NCBI GenBank assembly: GCA_003344405.1
Contig: NOWV01000027.1
Coordinates: 310,001 to 374,000, forward strand
Direction: 5' to 3'
Source of the DNA: Trichoplax sp. H2
Lineage: Eukaryota
Length of the DNA stretch: 64,000 bases
A program made the position numbers and the translations under genes. Under the pieces are notes generated by a model that worked only from the letters and a program-made list of their open reading frames with translations, ran no database searches and was not told the DNA's origin. Below, in pieces: positions 28,701 to 42,064 of the stretch; within the stretch, counting starts at the first letter, position 1; each line of letters starts with the position of its first letter.

Positions 28701-29726
28701 CATAGCTAAATGCCATATACGGAATTTAAAAATATCTATAAATGCTTTCTAGGCTGTATCAATACCGCAAGTAAGTATGACCTGAAATGATACTATAAAA
28801 CTATTGATTTTCTACTACCAAATTATAGATTATTACAGATACGCAATTAGTCATTCTCGTTGGTATTCTCCTATCTATTGATTTTATTTTATTGGCTACT
28901 TGGCAATTAATTGATCCGCCAACTATTCAACGTTTCAATATTTCAGTAAGTGAACAGGTTTAATCATTACTACTCGCTAGAATGCACTATTGTTATGATT
29001 TATTAATACCTTATATTTTATATCATGTTCACTAAACATTGATATCCTCAGTATATATTGAATACGGTTACTATTTCCTATCGTAGACTTATCAGAAAAG
29101 CCAAGATGAAACAATCGTTTCTCAAATTTGGTTGTGCCATAGTAAGCATAACTTATACTGGTTTATTGCATTATATACCGAGAAAGGATTGCTATTGCTG
29201 GCTGGTATGTTTCTGGCATGGGAAACACGAGGTGTTCGCTACGCAGCATTGAATGATTCTCAGTACATTGCAATGTCAGTTTATAATGTCGTGATCCTAA
29301 GTGGAGTGGGAGTATTAGTGGTTTCTATTATGGCTAAAAGTATTAATGCAGCTTATGCGTTAATGTCGGCGTTATTAATATTTGGCAATACAGTCATTTT
29401 ATGCTTGGTATTCGTTCCAAAGGTATCGATTGATTTATCTAATTACTATTGATAGCTAACTAATATACACCTAAATAGCATACAACAAGTACTTACAATT
29501 TATTTCGCAAAATCAGTTAATTAATGTATTAAAAGTCACTCATCGATTTCTTTATATCTTTTTCTTAATTAATTCAACTATCTCGTCAATAAATAAGTTT
29601 ATCGAATTCAAGAGAAAAGACGATCCAATTCATGGTGATTCAAGAAGGCCATCTATGAATCCTTCAGCTATGCAATCAATATCGGCTACAAATATGGCTC
29701 TTATTAGTAAAACACCTAGCGCATGA
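16736..29726 (+). CDS. GABA-B receptor-like class C GPCR, paralogue 2 (complete: signal peptide, Venus flytrap domain, 7TM, short C-tail)
   Basis: Exon 1 (16736-17017) has a hydrophobic signal and LNIGGFY..AVEEINNSTSILPNHKL. Exon 2 (23974-24111) reads KIMLLGADFSTVT..WNLIQ. Later exons give SFASTSPVLSNRQRFPYFYRT, KYVWILLGW, YPFAYDAIYAMA, FRGLTGPVSF, IKMSSPNLNN, LAWETR and LVFVPK. There is no cysteine-rich domain. Stop TGA at 29724-29726. Confidence 0.92.
18150..19790. repeat. Degenerate tandem repeat, ~140-190 bp units, about 10 copies, in intron 1 of GPCR paralogue 2
   Basis: Recurring CAAAATTTTACATT..AAAGAGAGTT..AAAAT..CCTTTTTGACTTCTTTG.GCAGAACTAC. Two adjacent units share near-identical GTACGACTTCTATTT..AAATCGAAAGAATTAGCTTCAAAATTTTACATT (about 18860 and 19002). 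Confidence 0.8.
21760..22660. repeat. Four degenerate tandem copies of an ~200-260 bp unit, in intron 1 of GPCR paralogue 2
   Basis: TTAG..GCT(A/G)TT(G/A)AAAGC..GAAAGGAAGATTAAAATTC..CTA(G/A)TCAA.GATGA at about 21820, 22020, 22285 and 22490. Confidence 0.75.
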
Positions 29727-31420
29727 TAAGTATTATATCATTGTTCCTACTGGTTTATTTCCATTCTGTATTCATCAAAATATGGCATCGAAATGTCATA
29801 GGCAAAATAATAAAGGATAATTATTACTTAATTTCTCTATAGGTCAAAATGTCCGCATTCTTTTTGTTCCATTAAAACTAACCAATCAAGTAACAAAATC
29901 ACTACTGATTGTAACTTGCTTTTAGGGATTAAAGCTTGCAATAGATAAGCATAATCCTTACATATTGATTTTTTATCCGTACCAACTGCTTTTTAATAAA
30001 GTTAAAGTTCAATCATCCCACTATAATTTAGCTATAGTTAGATACGATACCTGAAGTATATTGATTATAATTTCGACTACGAAGACATTGTAGCAACTTA
30101 TAATATTAAATCTATTTAAATGTTATTAAATAATTAATTAATCCAAAAATTTTCCCTGTACTATGCTTAATGTTGAACTATACTATTAGTTTCAGAATTA
30201 ATCCACAATGGTTATCTTTTGGATATGCTATGCAATCATATCATTTTAATAACAAAAAGTTAACTGATAACCTAATCGAAAATTTTGTTACTATTCCTAT
30301 TTTATGATGATTATCGATATCGCTGATTGGAAAATCAAAACACGCTTTTGTTGATTATCTCATTTCATATGTAATCATCTTTAATTGTTTTCCTCATTAA
30401 AATATATGCCAAGGCACTCTTTAATGGCGAGTGAACACTAATATTTGACTACTGCTGATACTTTATTATAACTCATCTCATATTATTGACAGAATTCCCT
30501 GTTATTAGTTAATGAATTATAGTAAAGCATTAGAACTTTACATATCTAGGCAATTCTAAGCAAATTATACCCAGTATCGATACAGATTTGTCAATTCGAC
30601 TGTGTTGTAATTAAGTCAAGGCAGGATACTTAATAGCTAATAAACATGTATATAGAATTAGGATTGCGATTCTTCTATTTCCGTGTTAATTACCGATATC
30701 TTCTACTGTAGTTTTAAGAATTTTATAAGTAAAACACAATAATGTGCTAATGTATGCTCCAAGATTATCGCTACCCTAAGAAAAGGTGAGATTTGATTTC
30801 GTATCGCACTTTACGTCATCATCATGTATGAAAATTTATCTGCAATTAATATAACAGCTCAGCATGTTTTTGGTATTATCGTCAAAGCACAAATTTTATT
30901 GTGAGTTAAAAAGATAAAGCAATAACATAAAGTCCCTACATAAGTAATTAAAGTTTAAAACAATTACAGCAGCTACGATTACATATATTATCTTGTCATA
31001 AACTTTTACTTACATTCTAGTGACACTACATTATGTTGTGATTTATATTTCTAAGTTTATAAATTATATGTAATTTAATATAGTAACTATATAACCGCCA
31101 TAGCAGCTTATATTACAAATTGCAACTATATCTCATACTTCATAGTGGTAGGATTTAGCTACTACTGGTATCTACTAAATTGGAGGGTTGTGGTTACAAA
31201 ATATTATAAGTGGTAAGGATAGTTTCGTGAAATGCGCTAATCGATTGATTAAGCAATCAATAAATCCAGCATTGCATTGTAACCAGTTATATTAGTCATC
31301 GTATTACTTCATATATTTGAAATAAGTTATTGAATGAATATTCGCCTTTTACAAACTTCACAGATTATGTTAGATTTGCTATGTATTTTTAGAGTCATAT
31401 ACAGTAATATTAGCTTGATC

Positions 31421-34400
31421 TTATGGCAAAATAGCTCCTTCACTTATAGGCATGCTAATAACTGCAGTAATAATCGGTGAACTCTTTCCTTTGTGGAGTA
31501 CAAAGACCTGCAAAAAAAAGTAAAATAATTCAGCTTTTAGCTTTAATAAAAAACTCCGAATAAAGGTATGTAGTCCAGTAGTAAATAGCAATTTTATATA
31601 ACGTAAAACACATCAATAAACAAACCTTGATATTATCTGAAATGCCTTTATCACTTAAACATTCAACCATAATTTCAAAATTATAACTTAATCCCGGCAC
31701 GATCATGGGTATCTATCATTTATATTAAGCATCATCTTATCAAAATAGAGTCTAAAAATGTTGTGCTGGTAATTTGACAGCATTGATCAGAATAAGGAAG
31801 GTGCTGAAGAGAATTGTAACCTGAATGTAAGTTCTATCCAATTTATAAAGAGCATCATCGTATTGGGAAGTCATTAATAAATCAAATGATGGATTATTTG
31901 CTGATGTATTTTGCAAGTTGATTGTTAATTTAAAAACTGGGCCAATTCCTTGAACCTAAGTTAGAAAGATCAATTTTAGAGCCGAATAACTGGATATACA
32001 ATCTCTTTTGATCAAAGTGTCCGTAAAATATATTGAATCATATTGGTCTACCGTGGCTGATAACTTTAGAGGATCTTGCAATAATGCTGATACTGGATTC
32101 AAACTTGTGGTAAGCGCTCTAACGTAGGAACGTGCTGATTCCAAACGCAGCCGATATAGATCATGCTGAAAAGTTCTGTGCATTGCTATCACGAGTCAAA
32201 TAACGTGGTGTTATACATCTTTCAATATTTAAATAGTCAGTATTAATTATAACTTTGAAACCTAAATTACGAAATAGGAACTAGACAACTTACAAACATA
32301 GTTCTCACGTTCTCTTTGCATTTGATCGACAAACAGTTTTGTCTTTCTCGGAACGTTAAGTTTAAGATTTTGGCCAGATGGAGCACCGACAACTTTGTGT
32401 AATTAATTCAAATAATTAAAGTAAAATGAGAATTTCCATTTTCCAGTAGGAAAATAGTTAGATCTATATAGCTATCTATTAATTAATACGTTGTTGGGTA
32501 TCCTTAGTCTCAAACGTAGTATTCCTTTTCAGAATCCTAACAGATAATCCACCAGCTAAAACAGGAAGATTGTATGTGAAATTAGCAACTTTAATATAAT
32601 CAATAGGAAATTTTTTAAAGTCAATTCTCGTAATTCTGAGATACCTTTGGTAACTAATATTAGTGAGCAATCTTCTCGACCAAATCGGCCGAATTTTAAA
32701 CCCGTGACTGGATCCTTTGACATTATGAACAAATCTTAGTAGAGAAATTACTGCTCTACTTAATGAGATTTAGATATCTTTACCTGGGTTTTAATAACGT
32801 TCACTAAAAATTTATCGCGATAAATTCTTGTTTCTCCATTATTTAACGCTACCAAGACTATCAAAATCAGGTTTCAATATTCAAAGAGTTAAATTAGGTG
32901 ATTAATTAGCGGTTCTGCTTCATAGTAGGTCAGTAAGCAATTAATATCATAGCTATACCGGCTTTAATTCCCCTTGCTTTATAAGATAGTAATTCTAGGG
33001 TATTAATTGTATCAGGCATGTCAAGTGACCAAATTTTCTTGCCCTATAATAGAAATTTTAACGCAAAGATAAAACTGAGAGGTTTCAATTTATGACAAGT
33101 TACTATACCATATCGAGATGCCTCCTTAAAATATACTCTTTGTACCTTTGTCGTGAAACAATTTAAGGTTTGATCCATGCATCCCACGATGATATTTTTA
33201 CCAATTCGTTCTATGCCAACAGGCTGAGACTTTAATTCAATACAACTTTTTCCTGGATGTTTAGCACCTCTGAAGAAGTAAATTAGCACTTAACTGTTAT
33301 AACTAGCATCTCCAGCATAATACCATATTTTTTTACTTTACATTGAAGTAAAATTCTATTCAAAGGTCTGATATAATTTACAATGATCTTTGATTGATAA
33401 TGATTATAAATACTTTAATCCATTAGAGTAGGCTTTTAACTAGCTAAATAATAAAACAATGAACTATAGTTTTAATAAAAGTAAATTATCACTGCCATGG
33501 TTAACATAATTAAGGTTGGTAATTGTATAAATATGAACAGTCTTGCCTGATTTAATTTTATTAATTTTATTTTTACCTTTTCAAGGTATATAGATTCCCA
33601 TTTCGACATGCAACAACGATTCGATATTCTACGTCGAAGAGACCAGATACGGATAGGAAAACTGGAACACTTGGTAAAGTCATCTAGATCAAGAAAATAT
33701 TATAAATATTAGAACGGTCAATCATATCATTCCTTCAATCATTATAGATCAATTCTTGAATCACATTTTCCTACCTTAGCTAAGACTGTATACGCTTCAG
33801 AATCAAGAACATAAACATCTTGACTTTCCGTTCCAACGACTAAACAACTGATAGCATCGTCATCAGCATGGCTTTTCTTCAATGCTGCTATTGCCGTAAT
33901 AACAGTCTAAAAGAATATTACAGGAACTATCGTTAGAATGATATAAACTTTCAATGAAGCGAGTATCTAACAGTGGAAGGCTTTAATCCATTACAGTTTA
34001 ATTCGTTAACCTGTCGTTTCAAAGGGGTATGTTTATGAACGCGAAGAAAGGCTTCAAGGTCGCTTTGCTCCAATAAGACATATCTGTTGGGTTTAATAAG
34101 ATTAGCAACGATTTGATTTCCAAGCAAAATGTGCCATACATGACTAAAAATTGAAATAGAATTACCGAAGACTGCGTATGGTTAGCGGAGTTCGCGAATC
34201 ATCCCTTAAAATATCGAAAGAAATTACATGGTCAGTTTCGCCAATTGAATAGATTTTTAAATCAAAAATTAGTTACTTTAATCGTTCTAAGCTCTTTTTC
34301 AGTGTTACAGCGTCTATTTTCTCCTATTAGGGTAAATAAGACTCGCATCTTTAGAGTCTTTTATGAATAACATAAATTTTATATTTGAAGCTTTTTTTGA

Positions 34401-36117
34401 CAATCCAGTTTACCTCTCTGGCTTGTTCCCATAATTCTTGCTCTAATTTGTTAACCTGCATTTTTTAAATTAATCTCTTATTAGTATAAACTGAGATGGT
34501 TCACATACTAACACCGTACGTTTATAATTTATTGCAAAAAATTGAATATCTGTTGAAGTATACCTCTAAAGGAGGCAAGGTAAATTTAAAAAACGGCTTC
34601 AAGTTCTTATAAACGTAAATAAATGGACCAGATGCAACTCCAACGGCTAAAGAACACAATTTTATTTTGATTAAGTAATTTAGTATTTTAATTCTCTTTG
34701 AAGTTAGATATAACTCTGAGCTGCTCTAATAGTACATTTATTTTATATATTTGGAATATGTACAGCACTGTTGATACATAAAATGAACATATAGAATTAT
34801 TTTGCTCGCAATTATAAGTGATTAACACTGGATAACTAGATAAAATTGTAAAGTGCACCATAGGTTTATTCCTATGTGATTCGTATATTTTGGGATTTGA
34901 TATTATTCTAACATAGCAGCGTATTTATATTTCGCGAAGTTGCCAATGTTATAGGTAGCTATTAATGAATTACTGAGATGATGATGCTTGCCTGCATGTC
35001 TGAATAATTTTAAATTACTTATAAAACAGGTTTCTACAGAGTAGGAATAGACTGATATCTCTTAGTGAAGAACTAGTTCTGAACTATTGCTTGGCTCGTA
35101 ATAAAATTGCGTTTCACTACTGGTGAAATATTTTACGAAAACGTTTCACGTAATTACTACTTTGGCTTCTAAATTGTAATTGATCTTAATAACCATTTTC
35201 ATCAATTATACTACACATAACATATACAATATATTTTATATAATATACATAATCTAGATGAGGGTCGATTTTAACATAATAGCTAATGTATTACGATATG
35301 CAGACTTTGCGCAGTGATATGCATTTACTTACCAGGAACTCGTGGTTCAGTAGCATCCATATGAAATGTACAAACGCCAGTTGGTAAATCAATAATAGTT
35401 GTCTCTGAAACAAGTGATGTGCCTAATGATAGACAAGTATAGTAAATGGAATAAATAATCATAAGTAATGAAATTTTGATTATAACGTCAAATTATTCTT
35501 TACCTTTCCATACTTTAAGTTTCATGTCATAAACACCAGTTCCAAGATCAGCAACAATTAACTACAAAATAATAGAAACGATAAAAGAAAGATTTCATTC
35601 GCACTCTTACGTTAGGTTAGATAGTTTATTTCATCACTTTACCTTATGGTCTCCATCTCCGTTTAAGTCAGCGAGAGCTTTCATCAACAGAAATTAAAGT
35701 AAATTAAGTTAAACTTGTAGTGCTTTATATTACAGTATATGAAATACTTGGAAGTTCTTCAATTTTTTATCAGTAATTGTAAACATACTACAATATCACC
35801 GTTTGTAGGCTGAAGAATAAGGAAAGATGTAGATAATAATGTACATACCCATACAATTGGTAAAAGTATACAGAGAAGCAACCGGATCTGAGTGAGCATT
35901 TAGCCAGACACTATTGCCCCTTCATATAACAATTTAAAAAGGTGACTTCAGTTACAAATTATCAAAATAGGAGAAAGAAATTAAATAATTTCAATTTAGT
36001 AGTAAAATAATCATATTGTCTTAACGATAACTACTATGTAAAATTTTTATACTTGGAAGCATCAGCATTTTTATCTTGATCGCCATTAGCGTTATTGATT
36101 TCGCTATTGATTAGCAT
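31421..36117 (-). CDS. BBS1: Bardet-Biedl syndrome 1 protein (BBSome subunit), multi-exon
   Basis: Reverse-strand exons give [69 protein letters not shown] and C-terminal [11 protein letters not shown]. These are collinear with the BBS1 sequence as I know it. ATG at 36117, TAA at 31421-31423. Confidence 0.95.
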
Positions 36118-36529
36118 TTTTATGGAGTTCTTTTCAATATCAACGAATTATAATCTCAGTTATATTCTAATAATATTAAGTCTAGCTAGGTGATAGTAAA
36201 GAAATGAAATCTTGACTTTTTACTGTTCTATCCAACAATTTTAAAAAATTATCCCTAAATTTCTGTAATAGTTATCAGCTTCAGTTTGTCTCTTAATGGT
36301 CTTATTATTATTATTATATACAGTACGCAGAATGGATCGGAAAGCAGTGGAAGATTATAACGATACTCGATAATGTTGTGCGGAGTCTCTACGTAGTTTT
36401 GTCAAAACTTCTGTTTTCCCCTTACTAAATCAATAGAAATTACTTTGGAAATGAGAAGTTCATGTATCTACAGTATAGAAATTAGCGTCTACGGTTTAAA
36501 ATCGACAAATCTACCATACTCTTCAATTT

Positions 36530-36543
36530 GTTTCTTTGGCAAC
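36530..36543. promoter_or_regulatory. Candidate RFX X-box upstream of BBS1
   Basis: GTTTCT-TT-GGCAAC fits RYYNYY-WW-RRNRAC. It lies about 410 bp upstream of the BBS1 ATG, and BBS genes are established RFX targets. Confidence 0.7.
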
Positions 36544-37382
36544 CACACGCATGCGTAGTATACCCTTAAACCAATGGGGTAAAATATCACAAATACCGTT
36601 ATTCCTCTAGTTTCATAAAAATGCAGAGGATTAATGCTAATTATGCGAATCTTATAATTATCAACACGATATAATCTGGTTACTTAGAATAGCTGTAGGT
36701 AACTCGGTATTTAGGGAGCTAGAAATTCCTAAGATAGCCGATAGTTTTAATTAAAATACTATACGAGGTCATCTCTTTATTCGAGATAAAAGTTATAAAG
36801 GCTTCAAGACTTAATTCATACTTATTTATGTTGACACGCGCATACGTATGCATTGATTTTTAATCATTTTTATAAGTATTATTTGAAATTAGCAAATCAA
36901 TCATCTTTATATCTGGTGTTAGCTTACGTACTTTGAGTACTAATTAGTCAATACGTATACACATTTACGCGACCAAGGATTACGTATACATATAATGCAT
37001 TATATCCTAGCCGATAGCGGCAACCGGCTGTCATAATGATGTCAATGTTGCAGACAATCTAGATATGGAGTATGCAATGTGCAACCAACTTTATTCATTA
37101 ACTCTAATGGTACAGAACCTTACTTCCAGATGTACATCTCTGATTGAAAGCTTTGGTCTAGATTATCGCGCGTAGGCGCTTCCGATAACGTACATTTATA
37201 GATTGGGTACTATGTACAAAATTTTATCAGGCAAGAACGAATAAACATCGCTAATTTATATATAAAAATCCATTTTAACAGATTGAAATTACATCTTAAT
37301 GATGATCGCTTTTAAATAACTGTTACATAGGAAACAGTGTTATCGATGTAACAGAAGTTTCAGGAAAGGCCCTACGAAGATC

Positions 37383-39229
37383 CTAAATAGGTCCTACAAA
37401 TTTAAGAAAATAAAGGATGATGATATAAGACTGTTTATATGTAGAGACCTACAATCAATGTTTCATAGCGTTAAATAAATTAGTTAATCTTACCTAAGTA
37501 ATCTTGGTCTAGAGAACCAACGGCAAACTGAAAATCCGAATGAAATAGAAAAATTAAATGATGAAATTAATGATAAGAATACTTAATACATCGACAATAT
37601 AACTAGAGCCGACTTTGTTTATTATATATAAATTATTGCTATTACAAGTTGTTTTGATGATATAGCATTATAAAAGATGCTACATATTTGCCTCCTTAGA
37701 AAAGTAATGCTATCTATTACTTACGATATCCTTAACATCAACTCTTGTACCAACAATCTTTAGTCTAACTTCGTCGCCAGTTTGTACAATCATATCCTAA
37801 ATTACAAATTATCGTTTATAATACGGTAGTTACGTACTAATCAGCGTTGATAAATAACTCTAATAATACCTCATCTTCAGTCCTAAAACAAGGAGGGTTA
37901 CCATTTGGATCGAAGAACATATCTCGTGGAATAGACTTAGAATAAATAATAAAAATATTTATGAAATGTGATATTCCAGTTAACATTAGACAAACTACCC
38001 TTTCAAGTTCTTTATATGCACTTACATGTTTTGAGATAAAACAGGTTAAAGGTCCAACTTCAACGAATAATCCGACCTATAAGTAAAATCAAATTCTATA
38101 ATATTAAATACTAGCAACTATTTAATAGATTCGTGTGAAGTTGAACAGCAGAAAGACAATGTTGACCTTATTTAATTGTGTTACGATACCATCGACAACT
38201 TCGCCAGGGAAAGGTTTAAATACAATCGCCTGTGAGCGTATATATTGATAGGGATTTAATTAATAGCCACGATTTAGATAATTTTTCTACAATATTCCAT
38301 CCATTAATTGGTTCTTCTAGCGCATAACTAACCTTATAACGGACAGGATAAACTACAAAACCTGAGTTTGGTAATATTTTCCCAACACCAACTTTATCGA
38401 TAATGGTTACAGCAATAACAAATCCATGCCTACAGTAAATACACATATATTACATGGTTAGCATAAATTATAATCAACGAGAGTCAATGCTGATTGTTCT
38501 ACCATCTAAAATATGGTGCTGATTACACAATTCTATCTACAGTTAATTAATCTACTTTAGTTATCGTCTGCAACGTAATATCCAAAACTATTCGCAACAA
38601 AGGCAAAGATGAAACGCTTACATATAAGTCAAGTACTAAATGATTTGTGTTGCATGGTAGATAACGCATTTCTTTTTAAAAGTATACGTTAATCACTCTA
38701 TTTCTTGAATAGCTGATATTATAATATCGTTCTATGTAATTATCTACAAATTTTAGTGACAATTTCATAACAACATCAAATCTATATTCTCACAGTCTAG
38801 GGCAAATACGTATACAAGTCTGAGTAACAGTAAACGTGTACGGAAATTAACTATTCTGAGACATAAAATATAGAATAGATTATACATTTCCTCGATAAAA
38901 GCAATAAAAATAATCAATCTATTGCATGATTGATAATGTAATATGACAAGATCCGCGGCATGTAACAAGTTCTGAGCAAAATAATTCTACATCCTGTTAT
39001 CAAGACGACATGATGGCCGGACTTACTTGCCACTGCAGGTACCTTCGACTTCACTGAATAACTTCCTTCGAACAGTATCCAGTAAGTTAGGCCCAAAATA
39101 ACGGGGATGTAGCGTAATTTCATGCTCTAATGTCACCTTTAGGCGATAATAGAAGATAAATTGACGATTAGTACTTGTAAAATATCAACAAATAAGTTGT
39201 TAATCACATCAACTTACATGGAAGAACAT
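37383..39229 (-). CDS. POLR2G: RNA polymerase II subunit RPB7, multi-exon
   Basis: [59 protein letters not shown]..|[10 protein letters not shown]|..[10 protein letters not shown]|..[10 protein letters not shown]..|[14 protein letters not shown], all joined by GT-AG introns. Confidence 0.97.
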
Positions 39230-39508
39230 CTTTCCTTTCTTCACCGAATGAAGTGGACTAGCATGGCGCATGTGCATTCGATCCTACGGCCACATTGCCT
39301 AGTCGTGGACTCGTGAATTCCCTCTACCGACGTATAGTGTACATAACTATCTTATCTTATATGCTTTACTATATCTTGTGGACTAGTACATTAAGCACAT
39401 GCCTACAGTCGATGCAAATACAGTGTACTGTACACAGTACTGTAGACTGTACAGTATCCTGTACCGTAGCGTTCAGGCGTCAGACGTTGAGACCGCACCG
39501 GCTTCAAG
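39230..39508. promoter_or_regulatory. Bidirectional promoter region, POLR2G / MRPL4
   Basis: Only 279 bp lie between the divergent start codons. It contains an NRF1-like GGCGCATGTGCA (39265-39276) and an ACTGT/ACAGT array (39418-39468). Confidence 0.8.
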
Positions 39509-41700
39509 ATGGCTTTCTCCTACTTTGCATCGTCTGTTCGATATCTATCAAGATATATATATCAAGGCCCCCATTTAACGTCTACAGGATCACTTAGCAA
39601 CGTTGTTCATGCTACAAAGATGAGCAAGGTATAATATAGAGTAGATATTGATCTTGCATGATCGATGATGAGATGACATTGTACAACATTCTTTAAAATT
39701 TTTCCTTTTGCACGTTTACAGGCATGGCCGAGATTAGCTTCAACAGCAATCCAAGAGAATTCTTTGATACATAATGGTAACTATCTTGCTTATACACTAG
39801 CTTAGGGTAGAATAGGTTCTGCATCTTCATAGTTTACTGTAAATTACACTGGATGATACTTTATGCAATTACAGAAATTGCATAAGAAACCTTTATGCCT
39901 TAGCTCTAAGTCAATCATAGTGCTTTAGTCGGTACTCAAGCGTACTGTAGTAACAATTTTAATAATTGAACGTTCAACGTTAATCTCAATTTTCACTAGC
40001 AGCGTGATATATGCTTTATAATAGAAGTATTATGATACCATGGTAAATTAACTGTGTTTTTAAAGCTTAAATAATGCGATTTAGTCTCTTAGGTACAACC
40101 TTTCTGTAATCCAAAGCGGTAATTGAATGTGCAGTAATATACAATGTAGTATAACACAGAGTATTTACTAATGTGGATAATTTGTATAAATTGATTTTGG
40201 TAATCCTTTTATTTGCATTAGCTGATTTAAGCAATGATAAGGAATATCAAACTTATAAACCGACTATCCCACAAGCTTGGTTTACATCATTGGATGGGCA
40301 ACTCAAGGGTTTAGTTGAACTGGATAGGAGAGTCTTCTTAGCAAATCCGAGGTAAAACTACCAACTATTCTTGGTCCAATCGTTTACACACTAACGTATA
40401 AATTCATAATTTTACCCTTTAATTACATTTTTACAACAACCTTAGGATAGATATCTTGCATCGTTATGTCGTTTGGCAGTTAGCAAAGAGAAGAGCGGTA
40501 AAGCTTTGTGCTATTACTATACGTCTGATTATAATTATGTTAACGCCCTCGATTTATACAAGTTGGTATCATCATTGCACCTAACTTTCATTTTCCTGTT
40601 GATGATAGGGTACTGCAAAGACGAAGAATCGAGGTGAAGTTAGAGGAGGTGGAAGAAAGCCATGGCCTCAAAAAGGCTCAGGAAGAGCTAGACAAGGAAG
40701 TATCAGAGCTCCACATTTCAGAGGAGGTATTAAGAATTTTGTTTTAGCGAAAATTTTATTGACACTACCTGATGATACTTTAGTTATCCACTAAACTTAG
40801 AATTTAATCAAAGCGTAGTGTTGCATAGTATTCACTATGCAATTACGGTATTATATTCATGCAGTCTTTAAACAGGAATCGTAATTTCTTTAGGTGGCAC
40901 TGTTCATGGACCTCGCCCTCGCAGTTATGATTTCACCTTTCCTCGTAAAGTTAGATCTATGGCAATACGTGTTGCGTTGTCGGTCAAATTTGCTCAAGTA
41001 TGTGATATATCATGAATTTTACATAGTATAATATAATCAATGATTTTATCAATAATATGATGACATCGTTCTTTATAGGGTGATTTGTATATCGTTGACT
41101 CATTTGGTTTGGAGACCCACAAAACACAAAACTTAAAGGACTTACTCGATCAAAGAAATTGGTATAGCGCACTTCTTGTAGATGGGTAGGTAGAACATAC
41201 ACATTTGTAGTGATAATTTCGTTTTGTATTCTTGATTAGGATTATACTGTATGAATGACGTCAAAATTTAAGCAAGCATAATTAAATGAGTTACTTACCC
41301 TGTGATATTACTCCTAGTAATACATATGTAGATGAAAATCTTAGACTAGCTGCAAGAAATATTCAAAAGTGCGATGTCCTACCTAGCTACGGTTAGAATC
41401 AGAATCATTACCCAAATGTGTTTAAATCTCCTCTTCCGACTGATCTAGTTGTTAATTGATACTTCAACTCTTTTTTATGCCATTCAATTATATTTAGCGC
41501 TTAATGTACATATGATGCTGAAAAGACATGCACTAGTTCTATCCCTTCCTGCATTGAAGATATTGCAAGAACGACTTGTAAAAGATATAGCTGAACCCGC
41601 TTGGGATAAATATGATTTTAAAATGACATCATTAGAATCAATACCGGAAAGTAATGATCAACTACAACTGGAAGAATCAGAGGAATTTAAAGAATCATAA
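39509..41700 (+). CDS. MRPL4: Mitochondrial ribosomal protein uL4m, multi-exon
   Basis: Transit-peptide-like N-terminus ([15 protein letters not shown]), then [60 protein letters not shown] and [16 protein letters not shown], which are uL4 signature motifs. Confidence 0.94.
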
Positions 41701-42064
41701 TACCGAAGAAACGGACTTTTTTAAAAACGATTTCTTTGCTAAATTTATTTATTAGTATAATTGTAGAAGAGTCATTGATTTCAAACAGTCTATTTTATAA
41801 ATTCTGCATTGCTTCGATTTTATACAAATATTACCTTATCAAATTATATCGTCTGCTAAACAGGTCTAAGTACTTAACAATTAATTGTATTGTGTCTGAT
41901 ATATAATGTATATGTACAATAAAAGATTATGGACTGGGCTTCAATTATATCATTAATTGTCGGTAGCCAACAGCTCGTATAGTACATGATAATCATACTG
42001 CTAATTCCATATCAATACTACATATATTTTTTTATAAAGCCAAAGTACAATTGATGGAAGGTAG

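Noticed and set aside
386..29726. Assigning GABBR1 or GABBR2 symbols
   Set aside because: The features are mixed and there is no coiled coil, so orthology cannot be set without a tree.
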